Both the position numbers and the translations under genes were made by a program. Of a DNA stretch of 64,000 nt, positions 11,179 through 20,516 are shown in pieces; position 1 is the first letter of the stretch; each line of letters begins with the position of its first letter. The stretch spans positions 32,001-96,000 of the forward strand of contig CAVZQC010000001.1 of NCBI GenBank assembly GCA_963777315.1. Direction: 5' to 3'. The notes under the pieces are model-generated. The model was not told the DNA's origin and did no database searches. It was given only the letters and a program-made list of their open reading frames with translations. The stretch is from Vulcanimicrobiota bacterium. Lineage in GTDB: Bacteria > Vulcanimicrobiota > Vulcanimicrobiia > Vulcanimicrobiales > Vulcanimicrobiaceae.

Positions 11179-11916
11179 ACCAGGCTGCGGCCGACGTCCG
11201 CATTTACGAAACGCCCCAACTCCTGGCGCAAGCGCTCGCCGATGCGTTCGTCGACGACGCGCGCGGGGCGATCGAGCAGCGCGGAGACTTCTTTGTCGCG
11301 CTTGCCGGCGGAACGACGCCGAAGGCGGCATACACGCTGTTGGCGCAAGAACCGCGGCGAAGCCGCGTCGACTGGCACCGCGTGCAGGTCTTTTTCGGCG
11401 ACGAGCGCTGCGTGCCGCCCACCAGCGCAGAATCCAATTATCGAATGGCGAACGAGGCGTTTTTGCGCGCCGCCGCTATTCCCTCGAGCAACGTTCACCG
11501 CATGGAAGGCGACGACGATCCGGCGCTGGCCGCCTCCCGGTACGCAGCGGTGCTCCGCGAAACGCTGGGAGACCCTCCGGTTTTCGACACGATTTTTTTG
11601 GGAATGGGCGCGGACGGACATACCGCCTCGCTGTTTCCCGGTACGGATCCGCGAACGGACGAAGGCCGGCTGGTGCGAGCTCCCTACGTGCAGCAGCAAC
11701 GCAGCTTTCGCATAACGCTGACGCCCCTTGTCATCAATGCCGCGCGCCACGTTATCTTTGCAACCGAAGGCCCGCAAAAAGCTGCGGCGCTAGCGGCAGT
11801 CCGCGCCGGCCCGTACGATCCCACCGTCCATCCCGCGCAAATCGTCGCGCCGGTGGACGGACGTCTGAGCTGGTACGTCGATAGCGCCGCTGCCGCAGAG
11901 TCTGTCGCCTCGCTGA
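11175..11916 (+). CDS. pgl: 6-phosphogluconolactonase; apparent +1 frameshift near 11897, natural stop probably TGA 11914-11916
   Basis: LAGGTTP, FFGDERCVP, SNY, LGMGADGHTASLFP, RITLT; after WYVDSAAA the ORF runs ~250 nt into the next gene. Confidence 0.88.
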
Positions 11917-11934
11917 AGCGACTGTTACGGCAGC

Positions 11935-12732
11935 GTGCGCAAAGGCTGGTTCGCCGACGTGTCGCCGGTCGACGGCGCAGCTGCATTGAACGCCGTGTTT
12001 GCGGGCTATCTGGTACCGCTGCAATTCAGCCCCGAGCAACTGCGCCTGCACGCCGTTTACAACGACGTCGATCTCGCGCTTTCGCCGTTGTGGTCGGATC
12101 ATGCCGGCCGCGTGGTCGCCGCGGCGCTGCTGGCCGTGCGCGACCGGCGCGGATGGATCGGGGGTTTCGGCGTAGCGCCTGAATTCCGGCGCCGCGGATA
12201 TGCTCGCGAGCTGACGGAACAGCTGTTGGCCATTGCCCGCGAGCGCGATATGGAACGCATAACCCTCGAGGTGCTGTGCGAAAACGCGGCAGCGATAGCA
12301 GTATACCGGGACGCAGGGTTTGTCATCGAGCGACGGCTGCACTCGCTTCAAACGTGCAGCGAAGGGTCGCAAGCGACGCACGGATTTCGATTCGTCGAAC
12401 CCGAGCAGTTCATCGACGAGCCCGAAAACGTCTCGCCGTGCTGGCAGCGGGAATCCGCCAGTCTTCGCAACGGTGCGATATCCGGCGCCCTCGCCGACGA
12501 TGCAGGCTGCTACGCGCTGTTCCGGCACAATGCCTCGGCCGCGCAGGTGTTCAAACTTCGCGCCCGGGATGCACAAACGCTGACGGCCCTGACAAGTGCG
12601 CTTGCTCAGGGCCGCCGGTTTCAGAACGTTACGATTTTGAACGAGCCGGAAAACAGCCCGCTGGTTCGCTGCGCGCTCGAGGCGCGATGGCACGAACCAT
12701 TCGTGCAGTACGAGATGGTGCGCAGCGTCTAA
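11935..12732 (+). CDS. GNAT family N-acetyltransferase
   Basis: GVAPEFRRRGYA acetyl-CoA motif; LEVLCENAAAIAVYRDAGF. Confidence 0.85.
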   Translation: MRKGWFADVSPVDGAAALNAVFAGYLVPLQFSPEQLRLHAVYNDVDLALSPLWSDHAGRVVAAALLAVRDRRGWIGGFGVAPEFRRRGYARELTEQLLAIARERDMERITLEVLCENAAAIAVYRDAGFVIERRLHSLQTCSEGSQATHGFRFVEPEQFIDEPENVSPCWQRESASLRNGAISGALADDAGCYALFRHNASAAQVFKLRARDAQTLTALTSALAQGRRFQNVTILNEPENSPLVRCALEARWHEPFVQYEMVRSV

Positions 12733-12944
12733 AGAGCGTCGCGCGTCTCTCGCTTGGCCTTGTCGACGTCCGCTTTGGCATTTTCGGTAACTTCGCGCGC
12801 CATCGAACCGGCTTTTTCTCCGCCGGTCATGACGTCGCCGGTTTCGGTACGGCGCTCGTGCTCCACGCCGGCTTTGCCGCGATGGACGCCTTCTTTGACC
12901 GCGTCGCCCGCGTCCTTGATGGTTTTACGTATTTCATCCGTCAT
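12729..12944 (-). CDS. Small hydrophilic helical protein (CsbD/LEA-like, 71 aa)
   Basis: MTDEIRKTIKDAGDAVKEG...AKADVDKAKRETRDAL; charged, Ala-rich composition. Confidence 0.6.
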   Translation of the reverse strand: MTDEIRKTIKDAGDAVKEGVHRGKAGVEHERRTETGDVMTGGEKAGSMAREVTENAKADVDKAKRETRDAL

Positions 12945-13000
12945 AACAAGGCTGTTGTACCCATCCGCGCCCGGCAATAACCTGCGGCGGGGGCACACCA

Positions 13001-13141
13001 CTACGCAGGCGGTTCGCGTCGAGGTTTAAGGTTCCAGCGCTCGAGTTCGCGCATGTACAATATCGCGCTGCGCTCCTGCAGCTTCTGCTGAGAAAGCTTG
13101 GAAAGGCGCATGCGGACCAACGCGGATGGTTTGCTTTTCAT
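13001..13141 (-). CDS. 46-aa basic small ORF coupled to tolC (not in ORF track)
   Basis: ATGA overlap with tolC stop, AAGGAG ~10 nt upstream; MKSKPSALVRMRLSKLSQQKLQERSAILYMRELERWNLKPRREPPA. Confidence 0.5.
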   Translation of the reverse strand: MKSKPSALVRMRLSKLSQQKLQERSAILYMRELERWNLKPRREPPA

Positions 13142-14895
13142 CGTTTTGGCGCTCCTTCTCCGACCGTCTTGAGATTAACGTTGTTCGCCGTGAGGATGGT
13201 TCCGGTGGCACGTTGAAGTTCGACGACTGCTTTGTTGAGCGCCGTTTGCGCTTGCAGTTCTCGCCCACGATTGTCGGCCAATTCGATCTCGCGCTGCAGC
13301 ACCAAGAACGTCGTCGACTCACCGGCGCGAAACCGGCGCTGCTCGCTGGCGAGAATTTGCTGCGAGGCTCGACGGGCCGATCTCGCCGCAGCCAGCTGAG
13401 CCAATGCGCTTTGGTAGGTTTGCAGCGCATCGCGGACCTGGGCCGTAATGCTTTGAATCGTGGATGCTTCCTGAACCTGCGCTATGTGCTGCCGCTCGAT
13501 CGCCGTCGCCAAATCCGCTTTGGCAGCGTGATTGCCGACGGGAAACGAAACCAAAACGCCGGCGGCGTATACCGGAAACTTGTTGGAAAGCAAATTTTTG
13601 ATCGATTGCTCCAAGCCTCCGGTCAAGTACGAGGGGACCGGCGTCGTCGCGGTGGGCAGCGCAGGAATCTGCTGCGAGGGCGGCAGCGTTGGATTGACGG
13701 CAGCAATCAGCTGATCGATCGCAACGACCTGCTGCGCGCTGCTTTGAAGAAAGGCGCCGGGCGGTATGACTTGCCCGGCGAACCCGTTGCTCGTATATCC
13801 GAGCTGCAGATCGACCTGCGGCTTGAGCTGGTTTTGGGCGTACGCGACTTCCACTGCGGAGCTCTGCAACTGTTCGCGCAGCTGCGCGATCTCCGGACGA
13901 GTGCGCAGAGCCTGCGTCACGAGCGCGGCGAGCGAAGGCTGCGCCGGCAACTGCAGGGCCGGCGTGACCGGCACCAAATTCGCGCTCCATATCGGGTCGC
14001 TCGGATTGTCCGTCAGCTGCGACTTGAGCCGGTTCTGCAGGATCGCAACGTTTTGCAGCGCGGAAAAAACCTGCTGCTCGAACACAGCTATCTGCGAATT
14101 CACCTGCACCACGTCGATGGGTGCGCCCGCGCCCTTTTGCGCCAAGCGCACGTTGCTGTGCTGCTGCGCGATAGTGTCCTTGAGGCTGTCTTCCTGGATC
14201 GCAACGTTTCGCCAAGCTGCGACCAAGTCCCAATACGTGTTTTGGATCTGCGCAATGGTCGTGGACACCATCCCCAGCGTCTGAGCGTTCGTCGTCTGCA
14301 CGCCGATTTGCGCGAGCTGCAACTGGCGCGAGGCGGCCGTCAGCGCTCGGCCACGACCCAGCGGCTGAGTAAAATTGACCGAAAAGATCGTCGGATAATA
14401 GGGATCGAACGTGTTGATCGTGGTGTTGTCGTACGTTTGCTTGCCGGAAACGTTGACGCTGTACTGCTGGCCCGCGGGCAGAACGCCTTGAGCGCCTGCG
14501 GTCACCGAAGCGTTGCGCTGGACGATAGGACCGAAGTCCGGGCCGGCAAAGAACACGTTCTGCGGCGGCTCGGACGCATACTGATACTGCGGCTCGACCG
14601 ACAAGCGCACGTCGTATGCGCCTTTGGCGGCTTCGATTTGATATTGCGCGATGCGGCGGTTGGCTTGCGCGACGACGAGATCCGGATTGCGCGAAAGCGC
14701 CATGCCGACCGCGTTCTCCAGCGTGATTCCCACGAACGGCTGCTGCGTGACGCCGACGGCAGCCGGAGCTGCGGGCGAAACGTCCGGCGCAGCGTACCCG
14801 GGCCCCACCATCGGCACGGCGGGCAGCCGCGGAGAGGGCGCGGGTGAGGGGACGTTCGCAGTCGCGGCGGCAAGCACGAGCGCTGCGAGCATCAA
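13138..14895 (-). CDS. TolC family outer membrane efflux protein
   Basis: Signal peptide; ITLENAVGMALSRNPDL, YWDL, ALRTRPEI, RFRAGESTTFLVL repeats. Confidence 0.9.
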   Translation of the reverse strand: MMLAALVLAAATANVPSPAPSPRLPAVPMVGPGYAAPDVSPAAPAAVGVTQQPFVGITLENAVGMALSRNPDLVVAQANRRIAQYQIEAAKGAYDVRLSVEPQYQYASEPPQNVFFAGPDFGPIVQRNASVTAGAQGVLPAGQQYSVNVSGKQTYDNTTINTFDPYYPTIFSVNFTQPLGRGRALTAASRQLQLAQIGVQTTNAQTLGMVSTTIAQIQNTYWDLVAAWRNVAIQEDSLKDTIAQQHSNVRLAQKGAGAPIDVVQVNSQIAVFEQQVFSALQNVAILQNRLKSQLTDNPSDPIWSANLVPVTPALQLPAQPSLAALVTQALRTRPEIAQLREQLQSSAVEVAYAQNQLKPQVDLQLGYTSNGFAGQVIPPGAFLQSSAQQVVAIDQLIAAVNPTLPPSQQIPALPTATTPVPSYLTGGLEQSIKNLLSNKFPVYAAGVLVSFPVGNHAAKADLATAIERQHIAQVQEASTIQSITAQVRDALQTYQSALAQLAAARSARRASQQILASEQRRFRAGESTTFLVLQREIELADNRGRELQAQTALNKAVVELQRATGTILTANNVNLKTVGEGAPKR

Positions 14896-16151
14896 TGCAC
14901 TAAAACCGACGTCTCGACCGACATGCCCGGGCGCATCGGGTACTTCGCGAAATCCGTGCCGTCGTCGAACCCTATACGCACCGGAATGCGCTGGGTGACT
15001 TTGACGAAGTTGCCCGTTGAGTTCTGGGCCGGCACGAGCGCGTACGTGTTCTGCGAAGCCGGGTTGATCGAATCGACCGTACCGTGGAACGTCACGCCCT
15101 TATAAGCGTCGACGCGAATGTCGACCGGCTGTCCGGAGCGCATGTTCCCGACCTGCGTTTCCTTGTAGTTCGCGGTGATGAAGACGCGATTCGGAATCAA
15201 GGTCAGCAGCGTCATCCCCGCGCTGACCGTTTGCCCTACCTCCACGCTCTTTTCGCCGACGTAACCGCTTATCGACGAATGAATTTTGGTGTTGGCCAGA
15301 TTCTGCTGCGCGATCGCCAATGCGGCACGCTGCGCGGCGATCTGCGCGGGCGCCTGCGCCTGATTGAGTTTGCCTTGAGCGGCTTGGACGGCGCCTTGCG
15401 CCGCCGACGCTCCCGACTGCGCCGCCCCCACCTTTTGCTGCGCTGCGTTGAGGTTGGCGACCGCGACGTTGACGCTTTGAACGGCGGCCCGGTATTGCGC
15501 CTGCGCTTGCGCATCTTGCGCGCGTGCCGCATCGAGATCCGCGCGCGCGATGTCGCCGGTCTTCACCAGCGATGCGGTGCGATCCAAGTTGTCCTGCGCC
15601 TGCGCCACTGCTTGACGCGCTGCCGGGAGCGCGGCCTGTGCCTGAGCAACCTGCGCTTGCGCGGCGGCAACCCCCGATTGCGCGACCGGTACGTCGGCTT
15701 GGGCCGTCTGCGCTTGTCCTCGGGCTTGCGCGACGCCGCCCGTGCCCTGCGTGACGCCGGCGGACTGGTTTTCCAGGGCCAACTGCAGGTTGGCCCGGGC
15801 TTGATCGACTGCGGCGCGCTCGGTCGCGCTGTCCAAAACGATCAGCAGCTGTCCGCGCTTTACCGGCTGATTGGTGTCGACCAATATCGAATCGACGCGC
15901 TCGGCGATCTTGCTGGTCACGGCCACGGTGTTGGCATCGACTCGCGCGTCGTCGGTGGTTTGGTGCGCGCGAGCGTACGAGAAATACTTTACACCCCAAA
16001 TAACGATGGCGATTGCAACGATCGCTCCCAGTGCGAACAGCAGCGGACGAAAATTGCGCCGCGCCGGCGCTTGCTCTTCTAGGCGCTCGTCGCTTTCGTC
16101 CGGCGGGACGGTTTTCGCGTCGCCCTGCGTCTCGCGCTCTCGGGTTTCCAT
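14892..16151 (-). CDS. HlyD/EmrA family membrane fusion protein
   Basis: N-terminal TM, TDDARV, Ala/Gln coiled coil, ANYKETQ, QNSTGNFVKVTQRIPVRI. Confidence 0.92.
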   Translation of the reverse strand: METRERETQGDAKTVPPDESDERLEEQAPARRNFRPLLFALGAIVAIAIVIWGVKYFSYARAHQTTDDARVDANTVAVTSKIAERVDSILVDTNQPVKRGQLLIVLDSATERAAVDQARANLQLALENQSAGVTQGTGGVAQARGQAQTAQADVPVAQSGVAAAQAQVAQAQAALPAARQAVAQAQDNLDRTASLVKTGDIARADLDAARAQDAQAQAQYRAAVQSVNVAVANLNAAQQKVGAAQSGASAAQGAVQAAQGKLNQAQAPAQIAAQRAALAIAQQNLANTKIHSSISGYVGEKSVEVGQTVSAGMTLLTLIPNRVFITANYKETQVGNMRSGQPVDIRVDAYKGVTFHGTVDSINPASQNTYALVPAQNSTGNFVKVTQRIPVRIGFDDGTDFAKYPMRPGMSVETSVLVH

Positions 16152-16750
16152 TACTTGCCGCTCCTCACACCGTTCAAGAACACGCCGAGCTGAAAATCGA
16201 CGATTTCGTGCGTCGAATACTGGGTCTGCGGAAACTTTTTGCGCCCGATGACTTGCGCGAAAATCATTCCCATGAAAAAACGCGCCAGCAAAACCGGATC
16301 GCCGACCAACTCGCCGCTCTCCACGCGCCCGGCCATGAACTCCGCGACGATGTGCTTGATGGCCTCCGGCGCTCGCCACGCCGCATTGCCCACCGCACTG
16401 TCGGTTTCTTCTTCGGCCAGCGACATCACGATGAGATCGCGGACCTGCTCCATCCGGTCGGCCAGCGCCCAAGCGATCAGGCGAAGGTCGCCTTCGAGGT
16501 CGCCGGACAAGCTGGTCAGCAGCTCCTGAAGCTGCACCGTGGAGCAGTAGTGCACCGCACACGCCTCGATCGCGGCGGCTTTGTTGCCGAAGTGCCTGAA
16601 CAGCGTGGCCTCGTTCACGCCGGCCACTTCGGCTATTTCCCGAGTCGTCGTACCGCGACGGCCTTTTTTTGCGATCAACTGCCGAGTCGCGGCTAAAATG
16701 CGGGCACGTGTTTCTTCCGGGGAGCGGGCATGCGGTGGGGCCTGGAGCAC
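16151..16750 (-). CDS. TetR/AcrR family transcriptional regulator
   Basis: TRARILAATRQL...TTTREIAEVAGVNEATLFRHFGNK HTH; GTG start at 16750 is inferred. Confidence 0.9.
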   Translation of the reverse strand: MLQAPPHARSPEETRARILAATRQLIAKKGRRGTTTREIAEVAGVNEATLFRHFGNKAAAIEACAVHYCSTVQLQELLTSLSGDLEGDLRLIAWALADRMEQVRDLIVMSLAEEETDSAVGNAAWRAPEAIKHIVAEFMAGRVESGELVGDPVLLARFFMGMIFAQVIGRKKFPQTQYSTHEIVDFQLGVFLNGVRSGK

Positions 16751-16769
16751 GGAGCGAGCGATCCCTTCC

Positions 16770-16834
16770 GCAAGTGTGTACTTGCACGCAAAATCGTACC
16801 ATACTACCTTGCGTGATTGCAAGTACCTGCTTGC
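16770..16834 (-). promoter_or_regulatory. Two palindromic operators GCAAGT-N4-RCTTGC flanking a sigma70-type promoter of the tetR-hlyD-tolC operon
   Basis: GCAAGTgtgtACTTGC 16770-16785 and GCAAGTacctGCTTGC 16819-16834; minus-strand TTGCAA-18 nt-TACGAT between them. Confidence 0.7.
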
Positions 16835-16889
16835 GAGTCGCGAACGCGCTTCGGCGGGCTCCCTCGACGGCGCCCAGAAGCCTGCGCCT

Positions 16890-17678
16890 ATGATCACTGC
16901 CGAGGATTTGGCCGAACTGGCCGCGCGCTGCGGTCTTGCGCCGGTTTCGCTCGTCTTGGCCAGACTGGACCGGCTCGGCGGTCCGGCGCTGGCGGTCGAT
17001 CCCGAATGCTATTTGTATCCGGCAAGCATGCTCAAAACCCCGCTCGCACTAGCTGCGTACGCCTTGGTGGCAGACGGCGAACTGCACTTGGAAGCGCCGT
17101 ACGAAGTAACGCCGGCAAACATGACGACGAACGACAAAGACTCGCCGCTCGTGCCCGGGCATTCCGGTCCGTTGTACGAGTTGCTGGACTTGATGCTCAC
17201 GCGCTCGGACAACGTGGCCACCAACATGCTGTACGACATCGTCGGACGCGAACGAGCCACGGCGATCGTTCAAGAGCGTTTCGGTTTGCGGCAAACGGCG
17301 TTCTATCGCAAGCTGTCGGGCAGTTTGCCGCTGATTCACGATCCGGGATGGGACGGAGTGCATCGCAACGCGCACTCCGCGGGCGATGCGGGACGGCTTT
17401 TCGAAGCGATCGCGCGCGACGGCGTCCCGTTCGCACTCGCGCTGCGTCAAACGCTCGCGCGCCAGGAATGGAACGATAAATTGTCCGCCGGCCTGCGTTC
17501 CGGCGACCGCTTTGCACACAAAACCGGCGACACCGACGAGGTCACGCACGACGGCGGCATACTCGATACCGAACTGGGCGCATCGTACGTTCTCGTCGTC
17601 TACACGGGCATGGAATCGAACGACGCCAACAACGGAAAATTCGGGCCGTTCATGAGCGCGCTGCGCGCTTACCTGTAG
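16890..17678 (+). CDS. Class A beta-lactamase-like serine hydrolase, no signal peptide
   Basis: SxxK (ASMLK), SDN and HKTG motifs. Confidence 0.85.
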   Translation: MITAEDLAELAARCGLAPVSLVLARLDRLGGPALAVDPECYLYPASMLKTPLALAAYALVADGELHLEAPYEVTPANMTTNDKDSPLVPGHSGPLYELLDLMLTRSDNVATNMLYDIVGRERATAIVQERFGLRQTAFYRKLSGSLPLIHDPGWDGVHRNAHSAGDAGRLFEAIARDGVPFALALRQTLARQEWNDKLSAGLRSGDRFAHKTGDTDEVTHDGGILDTELGASYVLVVYTGMESNDANNGKFGPFMSALRAYL

Positions 17679-18022
17679 GAGTGACCGGTCGCGGCTTCGC
17701 GATACCCCTCGCGTCGAGCATCCGCGGGACACAGATACCGGCCGCGCTTGGTGCGACCGTAGTACGGATCTCCGGCCACGTGGTACACCTTGGTGCGTTC
17801 GTTGACCCAGACCGGCTGCGCGCCGCTGCAATCGACCGTGGTAGGTACCGGCGCAAGCGAAGCGGCCGGGATTGCTCCGCGCTGCTCGCGGCTCTCCGCG
17901 CGGCCGGGGAAAGACGCGACCGGCGCGGCCGAAACGACGCCGCCCGCTCGAGTCGATGCCTTCTGACCGCAGCCGATCGTAAGGAGCACGGCTGCGGCGC
18001 ATAGTGCGATGCGATAATTCAT
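17669..18022 (-). CDS. Hypothetical lipoprotein
   Basis: Lipobox-like LLTIGC; C-terminal VWVNERTKVYH...YYGRTKRGRYLC domain; start overlaps the upstream gene's stop. Confidence 0.65.
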   Translation of the reverse strand: MNYRIALCAAAVLLTIGCGQKASTRAGGVVSAAPVASFPGRAESREQRGAIPAASLAPVPTTVDCSGAQPVWVNERTKVYHVAGDPYYGRTKRGRYLCPADARREGYREAATGHSYR

Positions 18023-19305
18023 AAACGCAGGTTCGGCAGAGTGCGCGCGAGTGCTTTTCGCGCCTGTTCGGGCGCCGATTGCCCCGCGATGCGCACGCAG
18101 CGTGCCCCAACGTACGTCTCGAGAATCCACGCGTTTTCCGCCCGGTACACCAGCGCGTTCGCGGCCGGAGTCCACGGGTCCATGCCGGCTGCGTCCACCA
18201 CGACGTAGTCCGCGTATGTGCCGCGCCGAAGCTCGCCCGCGTCCACATCCAGCGCGGCAGCGCCTTGCGACGTGCCCAAAGCCAGCGCCGTCGATGCGCC
18301 CAAAGCGCTTCCGTCCCGCCGTGAAACCTTTTGGAGCAGCGAGGCCGCGCGCATTTCGTCGAGCAGCGAAGGTTTGACGTCGGCATCCGTGCCCAGCGCC
18401 ATTCGAACGCCGCGCGCCTGCAGGCCCGTCACATCGCAGATTCCGTCTCCTAGATACTGGTTGGTCGTCGGATTGTGCACGACGCGCGCGCCGGTTTGCG
18501 CAACGAGATCCTTTTCGGCGTCCGAGACGTAAATCGCATGAACGGCAATCGTGCGTTCGTTCAGCGCCTCCAGCTCGTGCAGCAGCGCGACCGGCGTCAG
18601 TCCGAACCGCACGAGCGTCTGCTCTGCTTCGTACTGCGCTTCGGCGACGTGAACGTGCATCATGCAGCGCGCGCCGGCAGCAAACTTCGCCGCCGCCGCG
18701 ATCATCTCGCCGGAGGCTGCGTGCAGCGAATGGGGCGCTACGCAAATCTGCACGCCGGGAAATTCGTCCATCAACTCGCGGGTGCGTGAGGCCGCCCGAT
18801 CGATAGACTCGCGGAACGCCGGCGGTGCGTAATCGGCGTCCATCCACGTGCGTGCAAACACCAGCCGAATGCCGGCATCGTGCGCGGCTCGAATCGCTTC
18901 GCGAGCGCTGTCGTTGCCGGCACCGTTGAGATAAAAAAACTCTGCCACGGTGGTGATGCCGCCTGCGAGCATTTCGTCAAAGGCGAGGCGGAAAGTCCAA
19001 TACACCTGCTCGGGCGTGAGCTGCGGAACGATTTTGTAGAGCGCTTCGCTGCGCCAGCGCTCGAAGGTGAGATCGTCGGCCCAGCCTCGCAGCAGAATTT
19101 GGTACGCGTGGCTGTGCCCGTTTACGAACCCCGGCGCAACGAGCACGCGGGTTCCATATTCTCGGACCGGCGCATCCGGAAAGCGTCCGCGTACGTCGTC
19201 GAAGGGGCCGGCGTCGGCAAAGCGTTCGCCTTCGATCGCGAGTGCGAAGTCGCTGCGCTCTTGTGAACCTACCAGCGCGCGCGCGCAGCGCACGATGGCG
19301 GTCAT
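18019..19305 (-). CDS. hutF: Amidohydrolase, probable formimidoylglutamate deiminase
   Basis: PGFVNGHSHAYQILLRG, EMLAGGITTVAEFFY, HVHVAE, LGDG, LGTD; coupled to hutI. Confidence 0.75.
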   Translation of the reverse strand: MTAIVRCARALVGSQERSDFALAIEGERFADAGPFDDVRGRFPDAPVREYGTRVLVAPGFVNGHSHAYQILLRGWADDLTFERWRSEALYKIVPQLTPEQVYWTFRLAFDEMLAGGITTVAEFFYLNGAGNDSAREAIRAAHDAGIRLVFARTWMDADYAPPAFRESIDRAASRTRELMDEFPGVQICVAPHSLHAASGEMIAAAAKFAAGARCMMHVHVAEAQYEAEQTLVRFGLTPVALLHELEALNERTIAVHAIYVSDAEKDLVAQTGARVVHNPTTNQYLGDGICDVTGLQARGVRMALGTDADVKPSLLDEMRAASLLQKVSRRDGSALGASTALALGTSQGAAALDVDAGELRRGTYADYVVVDAAGMDPWTPAANALVYRAENAWILETYVGARCVRIAGQSAPEQARKALARTLPNLRL

Positions 19306-20516
19306 GCGGCGCGAACTCCGTTTCTGAAGACGGCCGCTGCCAGATTGCCTCCGAACTGCCAGCCGAACTCGTGCGGCGAGCCGATGTCCAGCGCGACGAA
19401 GTCGGCGCGCGCGCCCGTTCGCAGCGTACCGGCGTCGCGCCGCAGCGAGCGCGCAGCGGAACGCGTAACGGCGAACAGCGCTTCGGGTGCGGACATGCCG
19501 AACATCCGGCGTCCGAAATATGCAACCGTTTGCAGATTGAAGCACGGCGACGTGCCGGGATTGTAATCGCTCGCCAGCGCGACGCTCCCGCCGCGGTCGA
19601 GCACTTCCCGCACCGGCGCTTGCTGCGGTAAAGCCAGATATTCTATCGTCGCGGGACACGCGACCAAGACGATGTCTGCCCGGACGATCGCCTGCACGTC
19701 GCTATCGCGCGCGTAGTTGCAGTGATCGACCGCATCGACTCGCAGTGCGGCGGCCATCTCCACGGCTCCACCCCACGACATCTCGTCGCAGTGCACGCGC
19801 AGCCGCATCCCGTTATCTCGCGCCGCCTGCAGGTAACGCTGCGTGTGAACGGGCGAAAAGAATCCCGGCTCGCAGAAGGCGTCCGCATACACTGCCCCGT
19901 GAGCTTTTGCAACCGGAATGCACTGATCGATCAGGTAATCCACGTAAGCGGCTTCATCGTTGAATTCGGGCGGCAGCGCGTGCGCTCCCAAAAACGTGGC
20001 GACGAGCTGCGGTAGGCGCTGCCGATCGCAATGCGTGCGAATCAGGTGCAGCAACTCCATTTCCCCCGGCTTGTGCAGGGCGTATCCGGTCTTGGTTTCC
20101 AGGGTCGTGGTGCCGTGCGCGAGCATCGTGGCAAGGCGCGCTTCAACGTGCTGCCAGAACGCCTGCGGATGCTCGAGCGCCTTGCGTGTCTGCTCGACGG
20201 TGTACAGCATCCCCAGCGGCGCCTTTTCGCCACGCTGCCTGGCGGCGAAGTCGGGCTCGCGATCGCCGGCGAACAGCGGGTGCGCGTGCGCATCGACCAA
20301 TCCCGGCACGATGGTGCAGTCCGCAAACTCGTGAAGGTCTTCTGCGCTGCGGTACTGCGCGGGCAGGTCGTCGACCGGACCGGTCCACGCGACGACGGCG
20401 TCTTCGCACACGACCGCCGCGTCGGCAACTGCACCCATGGCTTCGAACGTCACGCCGCATTGGGCGACGTCGAACGCATTCGGAACGACCGTTTTCGCTC
20501 TGGCTACAACCGCCAA
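19302..20516 (-). CDS. hutI: Imidazolonepropionase
   Basis: [52 protein letters not shown] start is inferred. Confidence 0.92.
   Translation of the reverse strand: MAVVARAKTVVPNAFDVAQCGVTFEAMGAVADAAVVCEDAVVAWTGPVDDLPAQYRSAEDLHEFADCTIVPGLVDAHAHPLFAGDREPDFAARQRGEKAPLGMLYTVEQTRKALEHPQAFWQHVEARLATMLAHGTTTLETKTGYALHKPGEMELLHLIRTHCDRQRLPQLVATFLGAHALPPEFNDEAAYVDYLIDQCIPVAKAHGAVYADAFCEPGFFSPVHTQRYLQAARDNGMRLRVHCDEMSWGGAVEMAAALRVDAVDHCNYARDSDVQAIVRADIVLVACPATIEYLALPQQAPVREVLDRGGSVALASDYNPGTSPCFNLQTVAYFGRRMFGMSAPEALFAVTRSAARSLRRDAGTLRTGARADFVALDIGSPHEFGWQFGGNLAAAVFRNGVRAA

Noticed and set aside
11175..12732. Possible Pgl-GNAT fusion or extended Pgl
   Set aside because: The GNAT frame has a stop at 11914-11916 just upstream; a one-base error giving a normal pgl end is simpler.
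13126..14847. 573-aa ORF antisense to tolC (similarly 42615-44255, 33787-35322, 8465-9916)
   Set aside because: Arg-rich shadow ORFs opposite well-supported genes.
15330..15800. Repetitive GCGC-rich stretch in hlyD
   Set aside because: Explained by Ala/Gln coiled-coil coding; not a DNA repeat array.
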